This document shows, piece after piece, positions 51,501 to 60,518 of a DNA stretch of 64,000 nucleotides (the first letter of the stretch is position 1; the number at the start of each line of letters is the position of its first letter). The notes under the pieces are model-generated. The model did no database searches and was not told where the DNA came from. It was given only the letters and a program-made list of their open reading frames with translations. Source of the DNA: an uncultured Acidobacteriaceae bacterium (GTDB taxonomy: Bacteria; Acidobacteriota; Terriglobia; Terriglobales; Acidobacteriaceae); the NCBI GenBank assembly GCA_963821115.1, contig CAWGCH010000001.1, positions 27,485-91,484 of the forward strand, given 5' to 3'. The position numbers and the translations under genes are program-made.

Positions 51501-51876
51501 CTCCGGTTCCGGTGGCGGCCGTGATCTTCTGTTCAAATGTAACCGACACTGTTCCTTGTGGGGAAAGAGTGACGACAACCGGGGCCGCGTCGGTTGTGAG
51601 ATCGAGAGGCGTCGCGTAGTCGTGGCCTACGCCGCCGATCACGACGGCCAGTTGATAGCTGCCTGGGGGCAGGTTGGGGAAGCGGAAGCTTCCGTCGGCC
51701 GCTGTCTCAGCGACCATCTCGCCGTGGCCGCCGATCAGGTGAATGCTCGCCGACTGGATAGGAGCGCCGTCGGCATTATGCAGTACTCCCCGCCAGGAGC
51801 GGGTAGTCAACTCCTGCCCTTGCAGGCTGAAGCAGAGGAGTAGAAAAGCGAGCAGAAATAGGGCCGGCTTACGCAT
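48508..51876 (-). CDS. Oar-like TonB-dependent receptor with N-terminal carboxypeptidase-regulatory-like domain
   Basis: IPLNKRDF, FLRNSSLDARNYF, YIQDTWK, SYTWSKSLD, QFRSEFFN and C-terminal RQIQFSLKLLF. Confidence 0.92.
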   Translation of the reverse strand: MRKPALFLLAFLLLCFSLQGQELTTRSWRGVLHNADGAPIQSASIHLIGGHGEMVAETAADGSFRFPNLPPGSYQLAVVIGGVGHDYATPLDLTTDAAPVVVTLSPQGTVSVTFEQKITAATGTGGEQLSSQTVSAIPLNKRDFSQLLLLAAGTMTDANGQTNFTQQFAINGQRGVEATFAMDGADTSDPEMGGATFSNFNVDAVEEIKSTSGWMPAEIGRGAAGFTNIITRSGRSGFHGSVFEFLRNSSLDARNYFDHPSIADPGRIPPFRRNEFGFTNGGPVILPHLYDGRGKTFYFGQYQGFRQVLGTTQVLPVPTAEQRSGLDTTAYPGDTLVITPDPAITRILARYPLPNNPTGSYGANTYAISSKVVTNANQFSLRLDQQLSSKSQLMARFNFNNLFGPTTNPDQTTIDPSFGVIYVDHQRNGVLTYTRAVSPRFAFESSISFTRTTPQFPTPNQTDPAVKFDDGLFEGFNTAGGSVMSAYGNLFQARQNFTVTTERHVIKAGGEIRLNRDTTYFGISPNGEYDFGGGTAYSPVAIPSQSGTHDIRPGDPLPDTLSQLLTGSAFVYTTAVAPSYSSGGYRIGPAAISRNAGGLYIQDTWKMSDRFVLDYGIRYELYSPITERAHRTSGFLMNGSQQEYVDNPQPGYRFSWTGIGPRVQLDWRATDTLHLHVGGGITTIPPNIWQDNFLTGATPFVIYPHLTAAPGGLIPYGFQITSAQLPPFYTPSGQNVFASGKTDTVPANTVLDVDRFQKDLAALSPGSQLTPINLTGIDRRFGNGYLQTWTLGAERQFGKLTADAAYVGTASVRLPRIAYPNGYSGAGPGFAPFTIFDSNGNPIGGFGTEQLITDTSHSSYHALQASLAGTVPHNGPGIQVSYTWSKSLDDTSGVSPNGNATGAVSSPLPQNPFNTHAEKGPSSFDVAHGFTMSLAQDLQLEKIEFLQPVNRKVTAGWELLSISTISSGLPFTIYSGIQQTAAGSNGVDRPNQIAKPHLSTARKTREDYFGLGANNASYFSIPINEPGGTGPNQGYFGSLGRNTFRGPAYYDYDFSLIKDTPVGTRANGGELFIVQFRSEFFNLFNIVDMGLPANTIKGSGFGEISKTAGTSRQIQFSLKLLF

Positions 51877-52013
51877 CAGCGGCAATTATATTGATGCCGC
51901 TTTCCGGGACGACCTTTTGCCGATATTCTCGTCCCACCTTTCATTGCCGCCCGGTTTTCCAGAGCAGTGTGAAAAGCAACTTCGAGATGAAACGAGAATC
52001 AGGTTACGAGGTG

Positions 52014-52982
52014 TTACTGCACGACGGAGTGAAAGAGGGGTGACTGCAGCAGGCTGGAGAACTGGCTGTCGGAGGCGGCGAAGCTGACCTCCAGGTTGCC
52101 CGCGGTTGAGTCGATAGTGGTCTCGTCGATGGCCTGCTTTTCGACGGCCGTGCCGCTTACTTTCTTGTACATGGCCGCTGCATTCAGCAGGGAAGACATG
52201 GTTGCCGCAGTAAAGGTGTCAGGGGTAGAGACGGTGAGGTTGAACTTGACGCCGTTGTCGAAGTTCATGGTATAGGTCGAACCGAGCAGGCGCTTTTTGA
52301 TCGATTCATAGTCTGTGAGCTGCGAGGCTTCGCCGAGCAGCCCGCGCATCATGAACTGCGTGCCCTTCTGATCCATGATGCTCCACAGCGGCTGCGAGTC
52401 CACGGAGGACATCTGTTGCAGCATGTCGGGATTGCTCAACACATTCGCCGCGTAGCCATCGCGCGCATCGAGGGCCGGCTTCATGGCATCGGTCGATCCG
52501 AAAACCATGGTGGTGGGATTCAGGAAGGTGACCATCATGCCGCTCGCACCCATGGGATAGAGCTTGTTGTTATGCCACATCGTGGCCTTGATCTTGTTCT
52601 TCTTGATGTTGGCCATGATATCCGGCAGAGAGAACTGTCCCTGCGCGATTCCGACAATCTTGGTGTTGTTCTCGCCGACGCGATAGGCGGCGAAAGCAAG
52701 CTCTTCCACGTCGTGATTCTCGTTGAAGCCGGAAACCTTCAGGGCCTGCTCCAGCTGCTTCAACTCCGGAGGAAGAATGCGCGCCTTCAGGTCCATCGCC
52801 GCGGGCGAATTCTGCATGGCACGATAGTCGACGACGATGATTTGCTGCACATCCTTCGGGATTGCCGTACGCGCGTCGCTGTCGAGTTGCGCGGCCATCG
52901 CCGAGACGGGTGCGAGCGCCGCAGCCCCAGCCCCCAGAATGGCCGCCATCGTCAACCGCTGAAAGTTCTTATTGAAGCTCAT
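52014..52982 (-). CDS. Secreted hypothetical protein
   Basis: Long ORF with host-like codon usage, Ala-rich signal peptide and GGAGG RBS; family not recognised. Confidence 0.75.
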   Translation of the reverse strand: MSFNKNFQRLTMAAILGAGAAALAPVSAMAAQLDSDARTAIPKDVQQIIVVDYRAMQNSPAAMDLKARILPPELKQLEQALKVSGFNENHDVEELAFAAYRVGENNTKIVGIAQGQFSLPDIMANIKKNKIKATMWHNNKLYPMGASGMMVTFLNPTTMVFGSTDAMKPALDARDGYAANVLSNPDMLQQMSSVDSQPLWSIMDQKGTQFMMRGLLGEASQLTDYESIKKRLLGSTYTMNFDNGVKFNLTVSTPDTFTAATMSSLLNAAAMYKKVSGTAVEKQAIDETTIDSTAGNLEVSFAASDSQFSSLLQSPLFHSVVQ

Positions 52983-53094
52983 TTTCAAATTTCCTCCGGA
53001 CCACGCACATCCGCGGATCCTCGACTCTATGATGTGTCTTCGCGCCCGTCACTATCTCGCGCGGTTTAACCCTGTCTGATCTTTATCTCAATCA

Positions 53095-54036
53095 TTATCT
53101 TAGACCCGGATTCGAGGACTTGGTTTCAGGCCACGCCCGGGGGCGCAGCATCTTCCGTTCCAGAATCTTCTCCTCCGGATCGAATTCATGGAAAAGACGC
53201 AGCCATTCGCTTTCCTGCTCGGCTGCCGCAACCGGGAGCAGACCAATCAGCTCTCCGCGTATTGGCTGCACGCCAAAGCGAGCCGCTTTTTCCTTCACTG
53301 CGGCATAGACCTGGCTGACCGGTGTCTGGCGGAAATCGGTGATATTCATCGAGATCTGCGCCTCGCCATGAGCCAGCACCCCCATAGCTTTAACGCCTGT
53401 AAGGCCTCCACTGGATGCACGGATTTCGCGGGCAATCGCGCGGGCCTTGGCTACGTCGGCGGTATTGAGATAGAGGTTGTAGGCGATCAGGAACCGGCGC
53501 GCGCCTACCGCAGAAGCTCCCGCAGTAGGATGCAGATCGGGTCCGCCGACATCCGGACGACGCGCAACCTCGCGGCGTACCGCCTCTCTGAGCCCTTCGA
53601 ACTGGCCGCGGCGCACATCCTCGAGCAGCGCCCGGTCAGGCCGGGCCGCTGCCGCCTCGTAGAAGTAAACGGGAACGCCGTGGCGGTCCCAAAGCCCCGC
53701 GCCGGCCTGTCTCGCGAAGAGAACACATTGTTCCAGGGAGATGTCTCGAACGGGGACGAAGGGGATCACGTCGGCCGCACCGATACGCGGATGGACTCCC
53801 TGTTGCGACGTGAGGTCAATCAACTCGGCCGCCTTGCCCGCGCCGCGAATTGCCGACTCCACAACCGCCGCAGGCGGACCCACGATGGTTACTACCGAGC
53901 GGTTATGGTCCGCATCCAGCGAGTAGTCCAGCAGGGAAACGCCCTCAACCGCCATTGCTGCCACGATGGCTTCCACGATGGCCAGATTCCGGCCTTCGGA
54001 GAAGTTGGGAACGCATTCGATCAGCGGGTCGGACAT
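53095..54036 (-). CDS. ftcD: Glutamate formimidoyltransferase
   Basis: IECVPNFSEGR, DADHNRSV, GVHPRIGAADVIPFVP, HPTAGA and RRFLIAYN motifs. Confidence 0.93.
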   Translation of the reverse strand: MSDPLIECVPNFSEGRNLAIVEAIVAAMAVEGVSLLDYSLDADHNRSVVTIVGPPAAVVESAIRGAGKAAELIDLTSQQGVHPRIGAADVIPFVPVRDISLEQCVLFARQAGAGLWDRHGVPVYFYEAAAARPDRALLEDVRRGQFEGLREAVRREVARRPDVGGPDLHPTAGASAVGARRFLIAYNLYLNTADVAKARAIAREIRASSGGLTGVKAMGVLAHGEAQISMNITDFRQTPVSQVYAAVKEKAARFGVQPIRGELIGLLPVAAAEQESEWLRLFHEFDPEEKILERKMLRPRAWPETKSSNPGLR

Positions 54037-54046
54037 TCAAATTCCT

Positions 54047-54199
54047 GGGGTATAGGGGGTAGGGTTTAGGGCATAGAGTCGGGGAAACAAGCTCGAATCT
54101 TCGGAACCGCCTTCACTGTTACTGGGCGAACGTCGCAGCATTGAATACCGGGCCAATAGTCAAGACCGAAGGCTAAACCCTACACCCTATCCCCTACAC
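54047..54199. repeat. Inverted arrays of TAGGGnn heptamers flanking ~100 bp
   Basis: GGGGTATAGGGGGTAGGGTTTAGGG (54047-54071) and CTAAACCCTACACCCTATCCCCTACAC (54173-54199). Confidence 0.7.
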
Positions 54200-54209
54200 T
54201 CTGCCTCTC

Positions 54210-54941
54210 TTACTTCCACCACGTGTAGCCGATCTGGAACTGTACGCTGGCGTTGACTCCGGGATTCCGGTCGCCCAGCGAGGCGCTGGAAATATGGATC
54301 GCATTCGCGGCGAAGTTGATCGACTGCCGCGGCTTCACAAAATAGTGAAAGCCGATGCCAAACTGCGGCGTGAAATTGAAGACGCTGGTTCCACCGGGTG
54401 TGCCATGCACCACCAGAATGTCCGGCGGATACTTGTGCGTCGTGTAGATCAAGCCGCCCGCGCCTTGAATCCACGGAACCAGCCGCTTGCGGGCCTTCAG
54501 ATTCCAGCGCAGGATGATTGGGGTGATGCTCACGCCCGTATACGTACCGCCGCCATACGGGAACACCGCATAGCCGACCTGACCGTTGTAGATGTATTCC
54601 GTCAGCGCGGTGTGCGGCGCCGGCGTGAACGACTGCCAGTAGGGCATGATCTCGCCGGCGTACTCGAACTGTCCGCGTAGAATGCCGGGCAAGTGCTGGT
54701 CGGTGATCACCTTGCCCAGCCGCACGCCCGCCGAGGTGAAGGTAAAGTCGTCGCGGTCACCCTGGCCTAATCCACCCTGAAAGAAGGGTCCGAACTCCCA
54801 GGGATCGGTGGCGAGCACGGCTTTGGCCGGCGCATCATTGGCCGGCGCGGGAATTTGAGTGGCAGAAGTCTGAGCGCTGGCACTCACTGAGGCTGCGGCG
54901 AAAAGCGCCGCGCCTAAAACACAAAACCATTTCATCCGCAT
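54210..54941 (-). CDS. PagL-like acyloxyacyl hydrolase / lipid A deacylase outer-membrane barrel
   Basis: Signal peptide, amphipathic beta strands, FNFTPQFG, HISSASLG..NPGVN (His-Ser motif) and an aromatic C-terminus. Confidence 0.78.
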   Translation of the reverse strand: MRMKWFCVLGAALFAAASVSASAQTSATQIPAPANDAPAKAVLATDPWEFGPFFQGGLGQGDRDDFTFTSAGVRLGKVITDQHLPGILRGQFEYAGEIMPYWQSFTPAPHTALTEYIYNGQVGYAVFPYGGGTYTGVSITPIILRWNLKARKRLVPWIQGAGGLIYTTHKYPPDILVVHGTPGGTSVFNFTPQFGIGFHYFVKPRQSINFAANAIHISSASLGDRNPGVNASVQFQIGYTWWK

Positions 54942-54999
54942 TCGAATCCGTGTCTTCTCTTCTTAAAAAAACTGGCAAATCTGCTGAGAGCAGTTCAGG

Positions 55000-55030
55000 A
55001 AAAAGAGTGGCCGCCAATCGCGGCGGCCAC
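55000..55030 (-). terminator. Rho-independent terminator downstream of yebC
   Basis: Minus strand reads GTGGCCGCC-N6-GGCGGCCAC-TCTTTTT. Confidence 0.7.
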
Positions 55031-55053
55031 CTTCTTCATTGAGGGATAGCCGC

Positions 55054-55803
55054 TTAGCCCGCGACCTCTTCCAATTGCTTGGCGTCGATGTCGAGATTTG
55101 AGTAGACGTTCTGCACGTCCTCGTTATCCTCGAGGGCATCCAGCAGCCGAAGCATCTGCGCCGCGACCGCGCCTTCAAGCTTTGTATAGGTAGACGCGAC
55201 CATGGTGATTTCGGACATGACCGTCTCGATCTTGGCGTCGCGCACCGCCTGGGCCACGCCTTCATAGGAGCCGGTATCGGTAAGGATCTCCCAGGTATCG
55301 CCTTCGTCGTTCAGGTCTTCGCCGCCCGCTTCGAGGACGATGTTCATCAGCGTGTCTTCGTCCGCCGCTTCCTTGGTCACGGCGATCACACCCTTCTTCG
55401 AGAACATGAAGCGCACCGAATTGGGCTCGCCCAGGTTGCCGCCGTGCTTCGAGAAGCAATGGCGAATCTCGCTCACCGCGCGGTTGCGGTTGTCGGTGGT
55501 GGCGTCGACGATGATCGCCACGCCGCCCGGACCGTAGCCCTCGAAAGAAATCTCTTCGTATTGCAGGCCCGGGATTTCGCCCGTGCCGCGCTGCACGGCG
55601 CGCTTGATGTTATCGGCCGGCATGTTCTCGGCCTTGGCCGCCACGATGGCCGAGCGCAGCCGGGGATTGCCGTCAGGGTCGCCGCCTCCGGAGCGGGCTG
55701 CGATGGTGATTTCCTTGATCAGGCGGGTAAAGATCTTGCCGCGCTTGGCGTCCAGTGCGCCCTTCTTGTGCTTGATTGTCGCCCATTTGGAATGGCCGGA
55801 CAT
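55054..55803 (-). CDS. yebC: YebC/PmpR family protein
   Basis: MSGHSKWATIKHKK, NPRLR, EGYGPGG, TDNRNR and DVQNVYSN motifs. Confidence 0.96.
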   Translation of the reverse strand: MSGHSKWATIKHKKGALDAKRGKIFTRLIKEITIAARSGGGDPDGNPRLRSAIVAAKAENMPADNIKRAVQRGTGEIPGLQYEEISFEGYGPGGVAIIVDATTDNRNRAVSEIRHCFSKHGGNLGEPNSVRFMFSKKGVIAVTKEAADEDTLMNIVLEAGGEDLNDEGDTWEILTDTGSYEGVAQAVRDAKIETVMSEITMVASTYTKLEGAVAAQMLRLLDALEDNEDVQNVYSNLDIDAKQLEEVAG

Positions 55804-55954
55804 AAGAACCTCAGGAGTCGGTGTTGAAGTGAATTTTGCGGCGAAATGCTGAAAACAAGGCTGCTTTGAAGCAACTCCCGCAACCTCAAAGTATAGCAGG
55901 ACGGATCGACCGTCGCGAAACGTCCACGGGACCTCCATCGAGGCAGTTCTCGCG

Positions 55955-56710
55955 CTAGGCACGAATCACAGCGATGCCCAACTGTTCGTATGGGCTGGTC
56001 AAAGCGGCGTCCGCTGATCGCTCGGTGATGATGCCGCTAATTTCTGCAAGCGGCACCACCTCATAGGCCGAGGCGGCGTTCAGCTTTTCAGAAGATGCCA
56101 GAACAATAGTTTCCGCGGCCGCGTGGCTCAACGCGCGCTTGACGGCGGCTTCCTCATAGTCGCCGGTCGTCAGCCCTGTTTTGGGATGTACACCCGTCAC
56201 CCCCATGAAGAACGTATCCGCATGCACCTGGGCGATGGCCTCGGCCGCAACCGCTCCTACCGCGACCACCGAATGCTTGAACAGGCGGCCGCCGATCAGG
56301 AGCACTTCAACGCCAGGGTGATTTACAAGCTCCAATGCGATCGTGGGGCTGTGGGTAACGATCGTGGCCTTCAGGTCCTGAGAGAGATGCCGCGCGACCT
56401 GCCTGGCCGTGGTGCCACCGTCGAGGATAACCACCTGTCCCGCTTGAATCATCTTCGCGGCCGCGCGCCCGATCGCGATCTTGCCCTCAGGCGTAAGGCG
56501 CTCTCGCCCTGCGAAATCGGCAACGGCGGGTGAGGCCGGCAATGCACCGCCGTGAACGCGCTGCAGAAGCCCGTCCTTTGCCATCTCTCGCAAATCGCGC
56601 CGGATCGTGTCTTCCGACACCGCCATGGACTGGCTCACATCCTTCGCCACGACCTGTCCGTCTCGCTTCAGGAGGGAAAGAATCTGCTGCTTCCTGTGGG
56701 TGGTTAGCAT
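55955..56710 (-). CDS. DeoR/GlpR family transcriptional regulator
   Basis: VSEDTIRRDL, RVHGGA and ILDGGTT motifs. Confidence 0.94.
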   Translation of the reverse strand: MLTTHRKQQILSLLKRDGQVVAKDVSQSMAVSEDTIRRDLREMAKDGLLQRVHGGALPASPAVADFAGRERLTPEGKIAIGRAAAKMIQAGQVVILDGGTTARQVARHLSQDLKATIVTHSPTIALELVNHPGVEVLLIGGRLFKHSVVAVGAVAAEAIAQVHADTFFMGVTGVHPKTGLTTGDYEEAAVKRALSHAAAETIVLASSEKLNAASAYEVVPLAEISGIITERSADAALTSPYEQLGIAVIRA

Positions 56711-56717
56711 AGCTCTT

Positions 56718-56760
56718 CTTCACGATAATACTTGACCTTGCACGATATTGCACGATATCT
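56718..56760. promoter_or_regulatory. Putative DeoR operator: three phased CACGATA direct repeats
   Basis: CACGATA at 56721, 56741 and 56751 in the divergent deoR/nudK spacer. Confidence 0.6.
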
Positions 56761-56794
56761 TCACCCCATGATTAGCTCTCTTGAAAGCCCGGCG

Positions 56795-57388
56795 ATGAGT
56801 GAGCGCGTGCGCATCCGAAAGGTCGAGACGCTCTCCGACGACTGGTATGTGCTCAAGAAAATCACTTTCGATCTGCAACGCAGGGATGGAAGATGGCAGC
56901 AGCAGACCAGGGAGACATACGACCGGGGCAACGGGGCCACCATTCTTCTCTACAACCTGGAACGGCGCTCTGTAATCCTTGTCCGGCAATTTCGATTTCC
57001 CGCGTTCGTCAATGGTTACTCCGGCTTGTTGATCGAAGCGCCGGCAGGGCTCCTCGACGAGGCCAGCCCGGAGGATCGCATCCGCTCGGAAGTGGAAGAA
57101 GAGACCGGCTACCGCGTCGATCACCCGCGTAAAGTTTTTGAAGCGTTCATGAGTCCCGGTTCGGTCACTGAGAAACTTTATTTTTTCGTTGCGGAATACG
57201 ACAGCAGCAGCAAGGTCACCGGCGGCGGAGGCAATTTCATAGAGGGCGAGGACATCGAGGTTTTGGAGTTGCCAATCGAAGACGCGATGGAAGCCGTTGC
57301 GCGTGGCGAGATCGCAGACGGAAAGACCATCATGCTGCTCCAGTACGCCAGCCTTCAGTTGTTCCATCCGTTAGCAAAGGTCGTTTAG
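56795..57388 (+). CDS. nudK: NUDIX hydrolase, GDP-mannose pyrophosphatase NudK-like
   Basis: RETYDRGNGA, QFRFP, Nudix box AGLLDE...RSEVEEETG, MSPGSVTE, EGEDIEV and DGKTIMLLQ motifs. Confidence 0.88.
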   Translation: MSERVRIRKVETLSDDWYVLKKITFDLQRRDGRWQQQTRETYDRGNGATILLYNLERRSVILVRQFRFPAFVNGYSGLLIEAPAGLLDEASPEDRIRSEVEEETGYRVDHPRKVFEAFMSPGSVTEKLYFFVAEYDSSSKVTGGGGNFIEGEDIEVLELPIEDAMEAVARGEIADGKTIMLLQYASLQLFHPLAKVV

Positions 57389-57389
57389 C

Positions 57390-57761
57390 ATGCCGTCACA
57401 GTCGCTGATGATTCTGATCGCGGGCCCGTACCGGTCGGGCACCGGCGACGACCCTGAGCTGATGGCGCAGAATCTGCAAGCGCTGGAGTCCGTTGCGCTT
57501 CCGCTCTATCGCGCCGGACACATTCCGATGATTGGCGAATGGCTCGCTCTGCCCCTGTTGCGGGAGGCCGGCTCCAAGCGGCCTGGCGACGCCATCTATG
57601 ACGAAATCCTCTATCCGATTGCGAACCGGCTGCTCACCCGCTGCGACGCGGTCCTGAGGCTTCCTGGCCCGTCCAAGGGCGCGGATGAAGATGTTCGTCT
57701 CGCCAGGGAGAGAGGCCTGCCCGTATTCGAAAGCCTCGCTGACGTGCCCGGCTGCGCGTGA
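57390..57761 (+). CDS. DUF4406-like / nucleoside 2-deoxyribosyltransferase-fold protein
   Basis: ILIAGPY...CDAVLRLPG.SKGAD..V..ARERGLPVF pattern; coupled to nudK. Confidence 0.7.
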   Translation: MPSQSLMILIAGPYRSGTGDDPELMAQNLQALESVALPLYRAGHIPMIGEWLALPLLREAGSKRPGDAIYDEILYPIANRLLTRCDAVLRLPGPSKGADEDVRLARERGLPVFESLADVPGCA

Positions 57762-57789
57762 GAAGCAGGACCTCAGCGGTCAATAAAAA

Positions 57790-59472
57790 CTAACGGCTGG
57801 CCTTCAGCATCTGCTCGGCGTGCTTGATGGACGTTTCGGTGAGCCTGGCGCCGCTCAGCATGCGAGCCACTTCCTCGGTCCGCTCGGCATCGGTCAGCAG
57901 ACGCACCGAAGTGCGGGTGCGGCCCTGCTTCTCCTGCTTTTCAATCAGGAAGTGTTGATCGGCAAACGACGCGATCTGGGGCAGGTGGGTCACGCATAGC
58001 ACCTGCTGCACCCGCGAAAGCGCTTTCAGCTTCTGGCCCACGGCCTCGGCGGCGCGGCCTCCGATGCCGATGTCGATTTCGTCGAAGACCAGCGTGCGCG
58101 GGACTTGCAGCTTCTTTTTGCCTTTCGAGGCGCCCTCTTCAACGCTGACCTTGAGCGCCAGCAGTACGCGCGACATCTCGCCGCCCGACGCGACCTCGTC
58201 CAGCGGCTTCAACGGCTCACCGGCATTGGTGGCGATGCGGCATTCGACCGTGTCCCATCCATGGGCGGTCCAGCCCGCAGCGTCCTCGCTGGAGGTAACC
58301 GCAATCGCGAAGCGAACTTTCATAGCGAGATCGTTGATCTGTGCCTCGGCCAGCTTTTCGAGCTTCTTCGCCGCTGCCGATCGCTCGCCGTGCAGGGTTT
58401 GCGCAGCTTCGCGATAGGCCTGTGCCGCTCGGGCAAGATCGGCACGAAGGGTTTTGACGATCTCATCGCGGTTCTCGACCTCCGAAAGCTTCTGCGTAAC
58501 CTCTTCTCCGTAGGCGATCACATCGGCGAGCGTCGCGCCGTACTTGCGCTTGAGCCGGTCGAGCGCGGCCAGCCGATCTTCGATTTCGCCCAGGCGGTCC
58601 GGCGAAGATTGAATGTCTTCGGCGTAGTCGCGCACGGTGGCACCCACATCTTCGACGACAGCGAGAGTGGAAGCCAGTTGCTGCTGCGATTCGCTGAACT
58701 TTGTGTCGTAGCGAGCGAGCTCCTCGATCTGTTTGAGGGCGGCGCGCAGCGTGGCCTCGGCCGAGCCCGTTCCATCGTAGAGTAGGTCGTAGGCGCTCAT
58801 CGAGGCGGCATAGAGCTTCTCGGCGTTCGCGAGAATGCGGCGCTCGCTTGCGAGAGCTTCGTCTTCGCCCGCCTGCGGCTTTGTGCTGTCGATCTCGCGG
58901 TGCTGGAAGCTCCAGAGGTCGACCATGTGCAGGCGATCCTGTTCGTCGCGCTCCAATTCATCGAGCCTGGTTTGAATCTCGCGCCAGCGCTCGTAGGCCG
59001 CGTTTACCTGATCGCTGGAGAGGCTCGCGAATCGATCCACGAGCTGGCGCTGCTGATTCTGATCGAAGCCGCCCAGGGTCTCACTCTGCGCATGGACCAG
59101 CGCGAGCTCAGGCGCGAGCTGGCGCAGCACGGCGACAGTGGCCGGTTGATTGTTCACATAGACGCGCGCTTTGCCGTTCTCGAGAATCTCGCGGCGCAGG
59201 ATGATCTCGTTGCCCTCGGCGTCGATCCCGTTGGCTTCGAGCGTGGCCTCGGCTCCCGGCGTGCTCTCGAACACGCAGGACACGACGGCCTTGTCGGCGC
59301 CGTGACGCACTACGTCGGACGAAGCTTTGCTGCCCATCAGCAGCGCCAGTGCGTCGACGAGGATGGATTTGCCCGCGCCGGTCTCTCCGGTCAGCAGATT
59401 GAGGCCCGGACCGAAGGAGGCGATGGCGTGATCGATGACAGCGTAATTTTCAGCCCGCAATTCGAGCAGCAT
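57790..59472 (-). CDS. recN: DNA repair protein RecN
   Basis: LTGETGAGKS, coiled coil, ASGGEMSR, LVFDEID and VTHLPQIA motifs. Confidence 0.97.
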   Translation of the reverse strand: MLLELRAENYAVIDHAIASFGPGLNLLTGETGAGKSILVDALALLMGSKASSDVVRHGADKAVVSCVFESTPGAEATLEANGIDAEGNEIILRREILENGKARVYVNNQPATVAVLRQLAPELALVHAQSETLGGFDQNQQRQLVDRFASLSSDQVNAAYERWREIQTRLDELERDEQDRLHMVDLWSFQHREIDSTKPQAGEDEALASERRILANAEKLYAASMSAYDLLYDGTGSAEATLRAALKQIEELARYDTKFSESQQQLASTLAVVEDVGATVRDYAEDIQSSPDRLGEIEDRLAALDRLKRKYGATLADVIAYGEEVTQKLSEVENRDEIVKTLRADLARAAQAYREAAQTLHGERSAAAKKLEKLAEAQINDLAMKVRFAIAVTSSEDAAGWTAHGWDTVECRIATNAGEPLKPLDEVASGGEMSRVLLALKVSVEEGASKGKKKLQVPRTLVFDEIDIGIGGRAAEAVGQKLKALSRVQQVLCVTHLPQIASFADQHFLIEKQEKQGRTRTSVRLLTDAERTEEVARMLSGARLTETSIKHAEQMLKASR

Positions 59473-59735
59473 GGGGTTCCCGGGAACGATTCTTCGCGCA
59501 GCATAGCAGGAGGCGGCCTAGGAGTGAAATGCGAGCCAATTTTCGCGCCTCGATTTCTTTCTTCCTCCTTATGCGTCTATGATTTGTAGCGTATTTCTGT
59601 GGATGGCAAAGCGCAAACAGCGCCGCCGGCATCCTTCTTCTTCTGCCTTTTCGCCGCTGTTTACGAATTGAGAACGAGCAGCGAGACAACTTGGTTCGGT
59701 CAATGAGCGTCTGGTAACGTTGAAATAAGAGCGCG

Positions 59736-60518
59736 ATGACACCTTTGTTTGCTTTTGTAGCCCTATTCCTTTTCCAGACGGACGCCGATGCTGGCGCTGC
59801 GCCTGTAACCAACAACGGCAGCGCGATCGTGGAGATGCTCCGCAACAGCGGTCCCATCGCCATGGTGGTGCTGGGCATTCTGTTGGTCGCCAGCCTGTGG
59901 TCGTGGGCCATTATCCTCGGCAAACTGGGCGGCTTCCGGCGGGCGGCGGCGCAAAGCAGGCGTTTTCTTCGCGCCTTCCGCAAAGCGACGCGGCTGCAGG
60001 AGATCGCGACCGTCAGCGAGCAGTTCAAGCCCAGTCCGCTGGTCAATGTCTTCGACGAAGTCTACGAGACCTATCGCCGCCAGACCGGCGGATATGGTCC
60101 GCCGCGCAACATTACCGCCCTGGAGCGAGCCGCGCAGACTGCTTCAAGCGAATCGCTCACAGTGATGGAGAGCCGGCTTACGTGGCTTGCCACAATCGGC
60201 GCGATCTCTCCCTTTGTGGGACTCTTCGGAACCATCATGGGCATCGTCGACGCCTTCCACGGGCTCGGCCAGTCAGGCACAGCGACGCTGCGTGCGGTCG
60301 CGCCCGGTGTCTCTGAAGCGCTCATCACTACTGCCGCCGGCCTCATCGTTGCGGTGCCCGCGGTCGTGGCCTACAACCAGTTCACCGCGCGCTGCCGCGA
60401 CTTCGCCGCCCGCATGGATGACTTCGCGCGCGAGCTGCTGAACAGCATGGAAGAGGTTGCACTCAAGCCTGGACAGGATCCAGTCGAGAGGGAGGCCGCG
60501 CGTGGCCTTCACCAGTAA
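59736..60518 (+). CDS. tolQ: TolQ (MotA/TolQ/ExbB family)
   Basis: LATIGAISPFVGLFGT...VAPGVSEAL.TTAAGL..AVPA; first gene of the tol-pal cluster. Confidence 0.92.
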   Translation: MTPLFAFVALFLFQTDADAGAAPVTNNGSAIVEMLRNSGPIAMVVLGILLVASLWSWAIILGKLGGFRRAAAQSRRFLRAFRKATRLQEIATVSEQFKPSPLVNVFDEVYETYRRQTGGYGPPRNITALERAAQTASSESLTVMESRLTWLATIGAISPFVGLFGTIMGIVDAFHGLGQSGTATLRAVAPGVSEALITTAAGLIVAVPAVVAYNQFTARCRDFAARMDDFARELLNSMEEVALKPGQDPVEREAARGLHQ

